From the NCBI GenBank assembly GCA_902779765.1, contig CACZCQ010000007.1, forward strand, positions 114,138-178,137: a stretch of DNA of 64,000 bases, in the 5' to 3' direction. A program made the position numbers and the translations under genes. The DNA is from an uncultured Bacteroidia bacterium (lineage in GTDB: Bacteria > Bacteroidota > Bacteroidia > Bacteroidales > UBA932). Within the stretch, counting starts at the first letter, position 1; every line of letters begins with the position of its first letter. Under the pieces are notes generated by a model that was not told the origin of the DNA, made no database searches, and worked only from the letters and a program-made list of their open reading frames with translations. Shown in pieces: positions 9,955-19,968 of this stretch.

Positions 9955-12900
9955 TCATTGGAGTTTTCTGAGGGTATTGAGAGCCAGAGGCAGGGAGTCT
10001 ATTCCCCTGGAAACTATCTTCAACTTGCCTTCGGTCTGTTTCAGATTGAACAGCCTTTCGTTGGCATTTATCCTGGACAGGATACTTGAGAATACACCTG
10101 ATTTATAATATGGCGACATAGGATTCGAAATGAAGAACATTATCATCATTCCGTTCTTTATTATTATTTTCTCGAAACCGAGTTTTCCTCCCAGATTCCT
10201 TATCTTCACGACATTGAACAGGTTGTCCACCTCCGGAGGCATCTGGCCGAAACGGTCTGTAAGACGCTCCCTGGCCCTGTCTATTTCCTTGTCGTTCGGC
10301 AGGCTGTCAAGCTGCTTGTAAATCCTTATTTTCTCTGCGGTAATATCTATATATGAATCAGGGATCATGGCCATCTGGTCCGTCTCGATGGTACAATCCT
10401 CGATGAACGAATCGTCCTTCTTCCTCGTTACGAGACCGGTTTCCATACCCAGTTCCTCCATGGCTTCGGCAAGGATCTTCTGATATGTCTCATAACCCAT
10501 ATCCATGATGAAGCCGCTCTGTTCGGCACCGAGCAGGTTTCCTGCTCCCCTTATGTCAAGGTCCTGCATTGCGATATTGAAACCGCTTCCCAGGTCCGAA
10601 AATTCCTCTATCGCCTTGAGTCTTCTCCTTGCATCATCGGTGATGGATACCAGCGGAGGCACAATAAGATAGCAGAAAGCCTTCCTGTTGGAACGCCCGA
10701 CACGGCCTCTCAACTGGTGCAGGTCGCTCAGGCCGATATTCTGCGCCTGATTAATAATGATGGTGTTCGCATTTGGAATATCCAGTCCGTTCTCGATGAT
10801 GGTGGTGCAGAGGAGCATGTCGTAATCACCCCTGATGAAATCCAGCATCCTGTTCTCGAGTTCCTTGGATTCCATCTGACCGTGGGCGACGCATATCCTC
10901 ATGTCCGGAACCAGCCGGTGCAGGATTTCATAAATGGAATTCAATTCTTCTACCTTGTTGTGAAGGAAGAACAGCTGGCCTCCCCTGTTGAGTTCGTAAT
11001 TGATGATGCTCTTTATCTCCTCCTTATTGAACAGGATTATCTCTGTCTGCGTCGGAATCCTGTTGGGCGGAGGGGTATTGATTATGGAAAGATCCCTAGC
11101 TCCCAGCAGGGAGAACTGAAGGGTCCTCGGTATAGGTGTGGCAGTTAGGGTGAGAGTGTCAACCGAAGATTTCAGCTGACGGAGTTTTTCCTTGGCCGAT
11201 ACTCCGAATTTCTGTTCTTCATCTATGACCAGGAGTCCAAGGTCATGGAATTCAAAACCTTTCCCGAGCATCTTGTGGGTGCCTATCACAATATCAAGGC
11301 TTCCGCTCTTGAGCCTGGCCTTTATTTCATTCACTTCCTTTGTCGTCCTGAGACGGCTTATATAGTCGACTGTACAGGGAAAATCCTTCAACCTGGAAGA
11401 GAAAGTGGTGTAATGCTGAAGGGCAAGGATAGTGGTAGGTACAAGAACCACCACCTGTTTTCCGTCAGTGACAGCCTTGAATGCGGCCCTGATAGCTATT
11501 TCGGTCTTTCCGAATCCTACATCGCCGCAGATCAGCCTGTCCATCGGGCTCTGGTCCTCCATATCCTGTTTGACAGCCTTGGTAGCCGTTTCCTGGTCGG
11601 GAGTATCCTCATACATGAATGAAGATTCCAATTCCTCCTGGAGATAAGTGTCGGGAGAGAAAGCGAAACCTTTGGAAGCCTTTCGCTTGGCGTACAGCTG
11701 TATGAGATCCTTGGCTATATCCTTTATCCTGGACTTGGCACTCGTCTTCAACGTCTGCCAGGTCTTGGATCCGAGCTTGTTAATTTTCGGAGCCTCTCCG
11801 TCCTTGGAACGGAAACGGGAAATCTTGTTCAGAGAATGGACGGATACGAACACCACGTCGCCGTCCTTATACATAAGCTTCACCACCTCATGCATCCGCC
11901 CTTTGTCGTCCTTCATCCTGACAAGGCCTCCGAATACACCTACACCATGGTCGATATGGACCACATAATCACCTATATTGAAAGCGGTAAGGTCATTCAG
12001 TGTAAGCTGCTCGCTCTTTTCCACCGTCCTGCGGATACTCACCCTGTGGAAACGGTCGAAAATCTCATGGTCGGAATAGCAGCATACCTTGTCTTCATGG
12101 TCTATGAAGCCGGAATGGATATTCTTCCCGGAAACGAATTCCGGAACCAGGCCTTTATTCTCCGTAAGTATGGATTTGAGCCTTTCAACCTGGGATTTCT
12201 TTTCACTGAAAATGAACACCCTGTATCCATTTTCAATATTCTTCCTTATATCGGCAGAAAGTATCTCGAAATTCTTGTTGAAAACCGGCTGTGGAGAAAT
12301 ACTGAACTTTATAATCTCATCGTTGTCCACCTCGAGGGGAACGTCAAGGAAGACTTTCCTGAAATGATCGAGTTCCTTGAAGAAATCCTCCTTCCTGTAC
12401 ATATCAGAGGAGTCCGCCCAGACAACCGTTCCTTCAGGAAACAAGTCGGATATGTTTATCCCCGAATCGGAACCATCCTCCGTAACCAGGTCGGGAAATA
12501 TCTCTATCTCATCCTTTTCCTCCTTGGAAAGCTGTGTATTGCAGTCGAATACGTGGATTTTCTCTATCTCGTTACCGAAGAAAGAAATCCTGTATGGATT
12601 ATTGAAAGAGAAAGAGAATATATCTATTATGGATCCCCTTATACTGTACTGACCCGGAGCTGAAACGAAGTCTACCTTTTCGAATCCTTGTTCTGCAAGT
12701 GTCTCCTTTATCTGATCGTGCGATATTTCTTGTCCGACGGATACCTTTAGGAGTGAAGAACTAATATTTTTGGAAGAAGGTATCTTCTCTTTCAGGGCTT
12801 CAGGATAAGTAACTATGAAAAGCCTTTCAGAATTTTCGGAATTGGACATCAATTTTCCGATAGCCGAAGTCCTCTGGACTCCGACGGAAGACTTGTAGTT

Positions 12901-13149
12901 ACTTCTTTCCACCGCTTTTCCGCTGTCCGGAAGATAAAATACAATATCCCCGTCTACAAGTGAATACAGATCGGAAGAACAGTATTCAGCACTCTCCCTG
13001 TCAGGTAACAGAACTACGTGGGTACCCTTCTTGGCAACCTCGCTCAGCACAAACCATCTCGCGGAAAGGAAGAGTCCCCTGCAATAGTTTTCCTTCCTTT
13101 TCGCAAGCCCTTCTTCGAGTTTCCTTCCCGATTCTGAACTTATCAACAT
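9955..13149 (-). CDS. mfd: Transcription-repair coupling factor
   Basis: CarD-like VVHIDHGVG, GDVGFGKTE, DEEQKFG, TATPIPRTL, QLRGRVGRS, TRCF domain. Confidence 0.97.
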   Translation of the reverse strand: MLISSESGRKLEEGLAKRKENYCRGLFLSARWFVLSEVAKKGTHVVLLPDRESAEYCSSDLYSLVDGDIVFYLPDSGKAVERSNYKSSVGVQRTSAIGKLMSNSENSERLFIVTYPEALKEKIPSSKNISSSLLKVSVGQEISHDQIKETLAEQGFEKVDFVSAPGQYSIRGSIIDIFSFSFNNPYRISFFGNEIEKIHVFDCNTQLSKEEKDEIEIFPDLVTEDGSDSGINISDLFPEGTVVWADSSDMYRKEDFFKELDHFRKVFLDVPLEVDNDEIIKFSISPQPVFNKNFEILSADIRKNIENGYRVFIFSEKKSQVERLKSILTENKGLVPEFVSGKNIHSGFIDHEDKVCCYSDHEIFDRFHRVSIRRTVEKSEQLTLNDLTAFNIGDYVVHIDHGVGVFGGLVRMKDDKGRMHEVVKLMYKDGDVVFVSVHSLNKISRFRSKDGEAPKINKLGSKTWQTLKTSAKSRIKDIAKDLIQLYAKRKASKGFAFSPDTYLQEELESSFMYEDTPDQETATKAVKQDMEDQSPMDRLICGDVGFGKTEIAIRAAFKAVTDGKQVVVLVPTTILALQHYTTFSSRLKDFPCTVDYISRLRTTKEVNEIKARLKSGSLDIVIGTHKMLGKGFEFHDLGLLVIDEEQKFGVSAKEKLRQLKSSVDTLTLTATPIPRTLQFSLLGARDLSIINTPPPNRIPTQTEIILFNKEEIKSIINYELNRGGQLFFLHNKVEELNSIYEILHRLVPDMRICVAHGQMESKELENRMLDFIRGDYDMLLCTTIIENGLDIPNANTIIINQAQNIGLSDLHQLRGRVGRSNRKAFCYLIVPPLVSITDDARRRLKAIEEFSDLGSGFNIAMQDLDIRGAGNLLGAEQSGFIMDMGYETYQKILAEAMEELGMETGLVTRKKDDSFIEDCTIETDQMAMIPDSYIDITAEKIRIYKQLDSLPNDKEIDRARERLTDRFGQMPPEVDNLFNVVKIRNLGGKLGFEKIIIKNGMMIMFFISNPMSPYYKSGVFSSILSRINANERLFNLKQTEGKLKIVSRGIDSLPLALNTLRKLQ

Positions 13150-13400
13150 TACTGTCAGGATGGTGTTTAAAAGCTGTTGATAATCTTGTTGATTAAAGCC
13201 TGTTTCCTGTTAGTTCTCCGAAGCGGTTCTTTTTCAACTTTCCATTATAGGTTTTTCAAAAACTCACAATAGATGAAATACTAACAGAAATAATTGAATA
13301 ATAAATAATTATAAACTTATCAACTTTTCAACAAACTATAAAGAACCATCAAATCATATAAAAATAAATCAATATATTTGTATTGACTAATATTCTCTCC
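13140..13400. other. Candidate chromosomal replication origin (oriC)
   Basis: Very AT-rich intergenic stretch with clustered TTWTCAACW 9-mers (13140, 13175 reverse, 13231, 13317, 13325; near-match 13187 reverse) and a run of NAN trinucleotides at 13267-13320. Gene orientation switches here. Confidence 0.6.
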
Positions 13401-13401
13401 G

Positions 13402-14433
13402 ATGACAGAGTTCGATCCGCACAATACAATCGAAAGCAAAGATAAGGATTTGGACGGAATAATCCGACCGCAGGAACTGGAAGACTTCACTGGCCAGAAA
13501 GAGATCGTATCCAACCTGAACATATATATAAAGGCGGCCAAGATGAGGGGTGAAGCCCTCGACCACGTACTTTTCCACGGTCCTCCCGGACTCGGAAAAA
13601 CCACGTTGGCACATATCATTGCCAATGAGATGGGAGTGAATATGAAGATCACTTCCGGACCTGTCCTGGACAAGCCCGGCGACCTGGCCGGACTGCTCAC
13701 TTCCCTTGAAACCGGAGACGTACTGTTCATTGACGAGATCCATAGGCTCTCCCCTGAAGTTGAGGAGTACCTGTATTCAGCCATGGAGGATTATGTGATA
13801 GATATCATGATAGACAAAGGGCCCGGCGCCCGTTCAGTCAGGATATCCCTCAATCCTTTCACGCTTGTGGGTGCAACTACCAGGAGCGGACTGCTTACAG
13901 CTCCTTTAAGGGAGAGATTCGGAATAACCTGTCCTCTGGAATATTACGACACATCCGAACTCATAAGGATAGTGAAAAGGAGTTCCAGGATACTGAAAGT
14001 TACCATCGATGATGAAGCATCGATGGAGATAGCATTGAGGAGCCGCGGTACACCCCGAATAGCCAATGCGCTGCTCAAGAGGGTCAGGGATTTCGCCCAG
14101 GTTATGGGAGACGGACATATCGACCTGGATATAGCCAGGTATGCCCTCAATAAACTGAAGATCGATACCCGTGGATTGGATTCGATAGACAACAAGATAC
14201 TCAGAACCATAATATCAACTTTCAAGGGAGGACCTGTCGGTGCCAACACCATAGCTACGGCTATCAGCGAGGATCAGGGCACATTCGAGGAAGTATATGA
14301 ACCGTTCCTCATAAAGGAAGGTTTCATAGTCCGTACCCAGAGGGGCAGGATAGCTACCGAGATGGCTTACAAGCATCTGGGTATGGAAGCCGAACTTGAA
14401 GCAAACAAGACGGAAAATGGTACGTTATTCTAG
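13402..14433 (+). CDS. ruvB: Holliday junction branch migration helicase RuvB
   Basis: [34 protein letters not shown] motifs. Confidence 0.97.
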   Translation: MTEFDPHNTIESKDKDLDGIIRPQELEDFTGQKEIVSNLNIYIKAAKMRGEALDHVLFHGPPGLGKTTLAHIIANEMGVNMKITSGPVLDKPGDLAGLLTSLETGDVLFIDEIHRLSPEVEEYLYSAMEDYVIDIMIDKGPGARSVRISLNPFTLVGATTRSGLLTAPLRERFGITCPLEYYDTSELIRIVKRSSRILKVTIDDEASMEIALRSRGTPRIANALLKRVRDFAQVMGDGHIDLDIARYALNKLKIDTRGLDSIDNKILRTIISTFKGGPVGANTIATAISEDQGTFEEVYEPFLIKEGFIVRTQRGRIATEMAYKHLGMEAELEANKTENGTLF

Positions 14434-15478
14434 GATTGCCATCTTTTTGGCTACCCTGCTTCTTCCGATACAGTCTTTTTGCTGTACTTCGGTGATAATA
14501 TCCGGCAATGCCCGCGCTGACGGACGTCCCGTCATGCTCAAGCACCGTGACACAGGGGAAGTAAACAACAGGATGCAGTGGTTCAGCGGTCCTTCCTACA
14601 ATTTCATAGGACTTGTAAATTCCTCTTCGAAAGGAGGAGAGGTCTGGGCAGGACATAATTCTGCCGGTTTCTGCATCATGAATACCGCCACATATGATCT
14701 AAAGGATGACAATGTTCCTGAATCCGATATGGATAAGGAAGGCATCCTGATGTTCAAGGCATTGGGAATATGTGCGGACCTGAGGGATTTCGAACATCTG
14801 CTTGACACCCTTCCCAAACCATGGGGAGTGGAAGCCAATTTCGGGATAATAGATGCCAAGGGCGGTGCGGCATATTATGAAGTAAACAATCATTCTTATA
14901 AGAAATACAACGTCTCTGAAGAGCCCGAAGGTTATATGCTGGTGACAAATTTCACCAGGAGCGGCAGGCCAGCCGACCGCAAGGGAGTTGATAGGTTTGA
15001 AGCAGCTGCCGGAATACTGAAAGGTATTGATATATCTACAGCCGGTCATTATGAACTGCTGAACGGGATATCCCGCTCCGGAAAGCCGATTTTAAGGGAT
15101 ATTTCATCATCATCGATAGTTTTCGAGGGAGTAGTTCCTGGAGAGGATCCGCTTCTGACAGTGGCCTGGACCATACTTGGCTGCCCTTCCACAAGTATAT
15201 ATATTCCTTTGAAAGTATTCGGAAGCGACCATATTCCCGCTTTCATGAAGGAATACAAGGATGGTGACAATGCCCAGATCTGCAGCCAGGCCCTTGTGAT
15301 AAAGGGAATATATGGATTTGAAAAAGGCTGTGCCGAAGAATGTCGTGAAGTGGAAAAGATAGTGGACAATGGTTTTTCGAGGGGTATGTCTCCTTCCAGG
15401 TATGACCGTTTCGTAAAAAAGGTATACAGGAAATATAGGTTGATGTATCTTAGAAAACTGCCGAAAGTGGTTCATTGA
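14417..15478 (+). CDS. Exported Ntn-hydrolase (C45 / isopenicillin-N acyltransferase-like)
   Basis: Signal peptide followed by C-CTSVIISG (N-terminal Cys nucleophile), [16 protein letters not shown]. Overlaps ruvB by 17 nt. Confidence 0.75.
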   Translation: MVRYSRIAIFLATLLLPIQSFCCTSVIISGNARADGRPVMLKHRDTGEVNNRMQWFSGPSYNFIGLVNSSSKGGEVWAGHNSAGFCIMNTATYDLKDDNVPESDMDKEGILMFKALGICADLRDFEHLLDTLPKPWGVEANFGIIDAKGGAAYYEVNNHSYKKYNVSEEPEGYMLVTNFTRSGRPADRKGVDRFEAAAGILKGIDISTAGHYELLNGISRSGKPILRDISSSSIVFEGVVPGEDPLLTVAWTILGCPSTSIYIPLKVFGSDHIPAFMKEYKDGDNAQICSQALVIKGIYGFEKGCAEECREVEKIVDNGFSRGMSPSRYDRFVKKVYRKYRLMYLRKLPKVVH

Positions 15479-15556
15479 ATTGCGGAATCCGATAAAAATC
15501 ATTAAAATTGCAGACTAAAAGACAATAACCTGAAAAATCAACTAACACACTGAAAT

Positions 15557-17503
15557 ATGGCCGATAAATTAATCTCAAAGATTCCTGACGGACCTTTGGC
15601 TGAAAAATGGACCAAACGTAAGTCGGAACTTCGTCTTGTCAATCCGAACAACAGGAGAAAACTCGAGATTATAGTTGTCGGAACGGGCCTTGGTGGCGCG
15701 TCCGCAGCTGCTTCTCTCGGAGAGCTTGGCTACAATGTCAAAGTCTTCTGTATCAGCGATTCGCCCCGTAGGGCCCACTCAATTGCAGCTCAGGGAGGTA
15801 TCAACGCTGCCAAGAACTATCAGAACGACAATGATGCCGTGTATCGTCTTTTCTATGATACCATCAAGGGAGGCGACTACCGCAGCCGTGAAGCCAATGT
15901 ATATCGTCTGGCGGAAGTCAGTGCAGCTATTATCGACCAGTGTGTCGCACAGGGAGTTCCTTTTGCCCGTGAATACGGCGGATATCTTGCCAACCGTTCC
16001 TTCGGAGGTGTACAGGTAAGCCGTACTTTCTATGCCCGCGGACAAACCGGACAGCAGCTTCTTCTCGGAGCATATGCAGCCCTTAACCGTCAGATCGCTG
16101 CCGGAACCGTGACGAGCTATCCCCGTCACGAGATGCTCGACCTTGTCATCGTCAACGGTCAGGCCAAGGGTATCATCGCCCGCAACCTTGTGACCGGCAA
16201 GCTTGAAAGGTTCGGTGCCCACGCCGTCGTCATCGCCACCGGAGGTTATGGAAATACCTATTTCCTTTCCACCAACGCTATGAACAGCAACGGTTCAGCC
16301 GCCTGGCAGTGCTACAAGAAGGGAGCATATTTCGCAAATCCCTGCTTCGCCCAGATCCATCCTACATGTATTCCGGTCCACGGAGAGCAGCAGTGCAAGC
16401 TTACCCTTATGTCAGAGTCACTCCGTAACGACGGCCGCATCTGGGTACCCAAGAAGATGGAGGACGTGATCAAACTTCGCAAGAAAGAGAAGAAACCTTC
16501 ACAGATTCCTGAAGAGGATCGTGACTACTATCTCGAGCGTCGTTATCCTGCTTTCGGAAACCTTGTTCCCCGTGACGTGGCTTCCAGGGCAGCTAAGGAA
16601 AGGTGCGATGCCGGCTACGGTGTAAATGAAACCGGTCTTGCAGTATTCCTCGATTTCGCTGATGCCATCAAAAGGCTCGGTCACCAGAGGGTTCAGGAGC
16701 GCTATGGCAACCTCTTCGACATGTATTACAAGATCAACAATGTCAGCCCTTGGGAAGAGCCTATGATGATATATCCCGCCATCCACTACACCATGGGAGG
16801 TATCTGGGTAGACTACGATCTCCAGACCACGATTCCCGGCCTGTACGCGATCGGTGAGGCCAACTTCTCCGACCACGGCGGAAACCGTCTCGGCGCTTCG
16901 GCCCTCATGCAGGGTTTGGCCGACGGTTACTTCGTACTTCCCGTTACCATTGCCGACTATCTCTCCAATAAGTTCGCAGAGCCCAAGACCGACATCAACG
17001 ATCCGGCTTTCGACGAGGCTGAGAAGGCAGTCCAGGCCAGGATTGACAGACTCTTCTCCATCAAGGGAAAGCGTACCGTCGATTCCCTCCACAAGAAACT
17101 TGGAAACATAATGTGGGACTATGTGGGAATGGCCCGAAACGAAGCCGGACTGAAGAAAGCCATCGAAGAGATAAGGGAACTCAAGAAAGAATTCTACGAG
17201 GATGTCTGCGTTCCCGGAGAGCAGAACCAGTTCAACCAGGAACTTGAGAAAGCCCTCAGGCTCGAAGACTTCTTCGAGATTGGCGAGCTCATGGCACGCG
17301 ACGCCCTTAACAGGAAAGAATCCTGCGGTGGTCATTTCCGTGAGGAAAGCCAGACCGAGGAAGGAGAGGCCAAGAGGGACGACGCCAACTACATGTATGT
17401 CGCCGCCTGGGAGTACAAGGGAGAGGACAAGGAACCCGAACTCCACAAGGAGCCGCTCAAGTACGAGTTTATCGAAGTCAAAACCAGAAACTACAAAGAA
17501 TAA
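15557..17503 (+). CDS. sdhA: Fumarate reductase/succinate dehydrogenase flavoprotein subunit
   Basis: [11 protein letters not shown] motif, [44 protein letters not shown]. Confidence 0.96.
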   Translation: MADKLISKIPDGPLAEKWTKRKSELRLVNPNNRRKLEIIVVGTGLGGASAAASLGELGYNVKVFCISDSPRRAHSIAAQGGINAAKNYQNDNDAVYRLFYDTIKGGDYRSREANVYRLAEVSAAIIDQCVAQGVPFAREYGGYLANRSFGGVQVSRTFYARGQTGQQLLLGAYAALNRQIAAGTVTSYPRHEMLDLVIVNGQAKGIIARNLVTGKLERFGAHAVVIATGGYGNTYFLSTNAMNSNGSAAWQCYKKGAYFANPCFAQIHPTCIPVHGEQQCKLTLMSESLRNDGRIWVPKKMEDVIKLRKKEKKPSQIPEEDRDYYLERRYPAFGNLVPRDVASRAAKERCDAGYGVNETGLAVFLDFADAIKRLGHQRVQERYGNLFDMYYKINNVSPWEEPMMIYPAIHYTMGGIWVDYDLQTTIPGLYAIGEANFSDHGGNRLGASALMQGLADGYFVLPVTIADYLSNKFAEPKTDINDPAFDEAEKAVQARIDRLFSIKGKRTVDSLHKKLGNIMWDYVGMARNEAGLKKAIEEIRELKKEFYEDVCVPGEQNQFNQELEKALRLEDFFEIGELMARDALNRKESCGGHFREESQTEEGEAKRDDANYMYVAAWEYKGEDKEPELHKEPLKYEFIEVKTRNYKE

Positions 17504-17509
17504 CCGGAT

Positions 17510-18289
17510 ATGGATTTCAATCTTAAGATATGGCGTCAGAAGAACGCCAGTGAAAAGGGTCATTTCGAGACCTATCACATCTCAGGTATTGAAGAGGACG
17601 CATCGTTCCTCGAGATGCTTGACATCCTGAACGAGCAGCTCATCCGTGAAGGCAATGATCCTGTAGCAGTTGAAAGGGGTTGCCAGAGCAGCGGTCCAGT
17701 TTCTTTCGACCACGACTGCCGCGAAGGAATCTGCGGAGCATGCTCCCTCTATATCGACGGCCGCGCCCATGGTCCGGACGACCATGTGACTACCTGTCAG
17801 CTTTTCATGCGTCACTTCAAGAACGGTGCTACCATTACGGTCGAACCTTTCAGGAGTCCTGCATTCCCTATCATCAAGGACCTCGTGGTGGATCGCAGTG
17901 CATTTGACAAGATCCTACAGGCCGGCGGATTCATTTCCGTCCGTACCGGAGCGGCCCAGGACGGTAACGCCATCCTTATTTCCCACGAGAATGCTGAGAA
18001 GAGCATGGATGCAGCAGCCTGTGTCGGTTGCGGAGCTTGCGTTGCCACCTGCAAGAACGGATCGGCAATGCTGTTCGTCGCAGCCCGTGTGTCATCCCTT
18101 GCCCTCCTTCCCCAGGGTCGTCCCGAGGCAGCCAGAAGGGCCAAGAATATGGTAGCAAAGATGGAGGAACTCGGATTCGGAGGCTGCACCAACACCCGCG
18201 CCTGCGAAATGGAATGCCCTAAGGGTATATCGATCGAGCACATCGCCCGTCTCAACCGTGAGTTCCTCAAGGCAAAGTTCAGGGAGTAG
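17510..18289 (+). CDS. sdhB: Fumarate reductase/succinate dehydrogenase iron-sulfur subunit, with an apparent 12-aa insertion
   Basis: [34 protein letters not shown] clusters. Confidence 0.95.
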   Translation: MDFNLKIWRQKNASEKGHFETYHISGIEEDASFLEMLDILNEQLIREGNDPVAVERGCQSSGPVSFDHDCREGICGACSLYIDGRAHGPDDHVTTCQLFMRHFKNGATITVEPFRSPAFPIIKDLVVDRSAFDKILQAGGFISVRTGAAQDGNAILISHENAEKSMDAAACVGCGACVATCKNGSAMLFVAARVSSLALLPQGRPEAARRAKNMVAKMEELGFGGCTNTRACEMECPKGISIEHIARLNREFLKAKFRE

Positions 18290-18296
18290 GATTATT
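18233..18296 (+). repeat. Left 64-bp direct repeat (3' end of sdhB; attL-like)
   Basis: ATCGAGCACATCGCCCGTCTCAACCGTGAGTTCCTCAAGGCAAAGTTCAGGGAGTAGGATTATT; 60/64 identical to 24320-24383. Confidence 0.95.
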
Positions 18297-19968
18297 CGAC
18301 AACCTCAAAGGTAAATTCATAATGGATTGCCGTGCCGTCGTCAGCAAGACCTTCTGCGACGGCACGGAATTTTCCTGTATACCCAGGAGTATGGAGGATA
18401 AGTCTTTTATTCTCTCCTGTAGCAAGTCGTAGGACAGGATTCCAATAGAGTAGTTGCCTTACATCTTCGACATCTTCCGGGGGCCTTTCTCCATAATATG
18501 CGACCGGATATGAGACTCCTTTGAAATCCACAACCTTTACACTCTCAGGAAAAGGAAGGGTCGTAACATAATTCTTCTTCGTGATGAAATTGACTATTCC
18601 GGAGAAGGAAACCTTTCCGCATGCAATAGCTTGTGTATATACGTCAATATCCTCAATAAGCATAGCGTCAAAATCCAACAGCAAGTCGAGGTCGCTAATC
18701 ACCACCCCGTCCATCATAACAAGAAGATTCTCAACACTTGTCTTATAGTAATCCGTTGCGTCAGTGGCTACCATTACCAACTTTTGTTTTCCCTTTTCGC
18801 GACGCAGGCTCACATATGGAATGATTTCTACCAGGACCTCACGTACCGAAGGAAACCTGACAAAGTTGTCCAAGTGATAATGCTTGCAAGTAGCGGTTTC
18901 AAGCAGCAGGTCTTCACGATGTCTCAACAGGGAAGTCAACGTATCCAACCTCATTGTATTGCTGCTTCTCAAAGCCGCTTTACGGGTGGAAAGGTCTTTT
19001 TGGATTATCCTGTTCATTTGCAGTTGCGGCAACTTTCCTGCTCCGGCCCCGATGAAAGGACTTTCTATATCGATCGACCCCTTTTCCAAATCGACATTTG
19101 AAACCTCACATACGATTTCCCTGTCTCCATAGATATTATTGGTATAGAAGCTGACGTTGTCATTATCCGTGACTCCTATGTACAAGTTGGACGGAGCTCC
19201 TGCCGAGGATAAGGTAGCTACCACCTTATTATTATTTTCCATTATATTCCCTTTGATCCTGGCAGATATTATCTCTCCATCGTAGTCTATTTGGCGGACT
19301 CCGGTAAATTCTGGTTTAGAAGAAGATAATGAATTCAGGAAAACTTCCATTGAGTTATCCTGATGTGCCGGAATGATATCATCTTCATGATAAACCGAGA
19401 ACGATAAATCAGCGCCAGCACCGTTGTTCTCCATGAATATTGTGTAGTCTGATCCTTTACGGACACGTACTGTGGAGTTGAAAAGTATTTTGCCGCAGTT
19501 ATCAGCATCTTCTCTTCTCAAAGACATGTATTCATCTTCATCGACTATCTCCACTCCATCCTTGACTTTGGCCACGGAAATGGTATTGAAAATAGTGAGA
19601 ATCCGCGATCCTAAAATCCATGGTGTACCTGACTCATTGGCGTTGCTGGAGGTGTAGGCAATCAAGCGGTATACTCCGGTGGGAGTAGAAACAGGAATCA
19701 GGAAAGATCCGGCTCCCCTTCCACCCAGCAATCCTATTTTTGACTCAGCAGCAGTACCCTCAGAGGATACCAACTCGAGATATGATACGGCACAGGCATT
19801 AGAAGGATTACCCTGAAGGTCAAGACAAAACAAGGAACATAAAACCACATCCCCGGCAACATAAACCTCCCTGTCCGTAGATATGAATACACGTTCTACC
19901 GGATTATTCTCGGCTAGTAGGGAAATAGAAAACGTCGCCGCCAATATAACTGTATAAAATGCCTTCAT
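18292..19968 (-). CDS. Exported hypothetical protein with MG2-like N-terminus
   Basis: Signal peptide; ERVFISTDREVYVAGD resembles the MG2 FxxTDKxxYxPGE motif; C-terminal LLYWNP motif. Stop codon lies inside the left repeat. Confidence 0.6.
   Translation of the reverse strand: MKAFYTVILAATFSISLLAENNPVERVFISTDREVYVAGDVVLCSLFCLDLQGNPSNACAVSYLELVSSEGTAAESKIGLLGGRGAGSFLIPVSTPTGVYRLIAYTSSNANESGTPWILGSRILTIFNTISVAKVKDGVEIVDEDEYMSLRREDADNCGKILFNSTVRVRKGSDYTIFMENNGAGADLSFSVYHEDDIIPAHQDNSMEVFLNSLSSSKPEFTGVRQIDYDGEIISARIKGNIMENNNKVVATLSSAGAPSNLYIGVTDNDNVSFYTNNIYGDREIVCEVSNVDLEKGSIDIESPFIGAGAGKLPQLQMNRIIQKDLSTRKAALRSSNTMRLDTLTSLLRHREDLLLETATCKHYHLDNFVRFPSVREVLVEIIPYVSLRREKGKQKLVMVATDATDYYKTSVENLLVMMDGVVISDLDLLLDFDAMLIEDIDVYTQAIACGKVSFSGIVNFITKKNYVTTLPFPESVKVVDFKGVSYPVAYYGERPPEDVEDVRQLLYWNPVLRLATGENKRLILHTPGYTGKFRAVAEGLADDGTAIHYEFTFEVVE

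Noticed and set aside
16499-17578. Long antisense ORFs over housekeeping genes (also 6530-7405, 24704-25918, 51063-52001, 54954-56390)
   Set aside because: They mirror well-conserved genes and show no motifs; expected from GC-rich codon bias giving few antisense stops.
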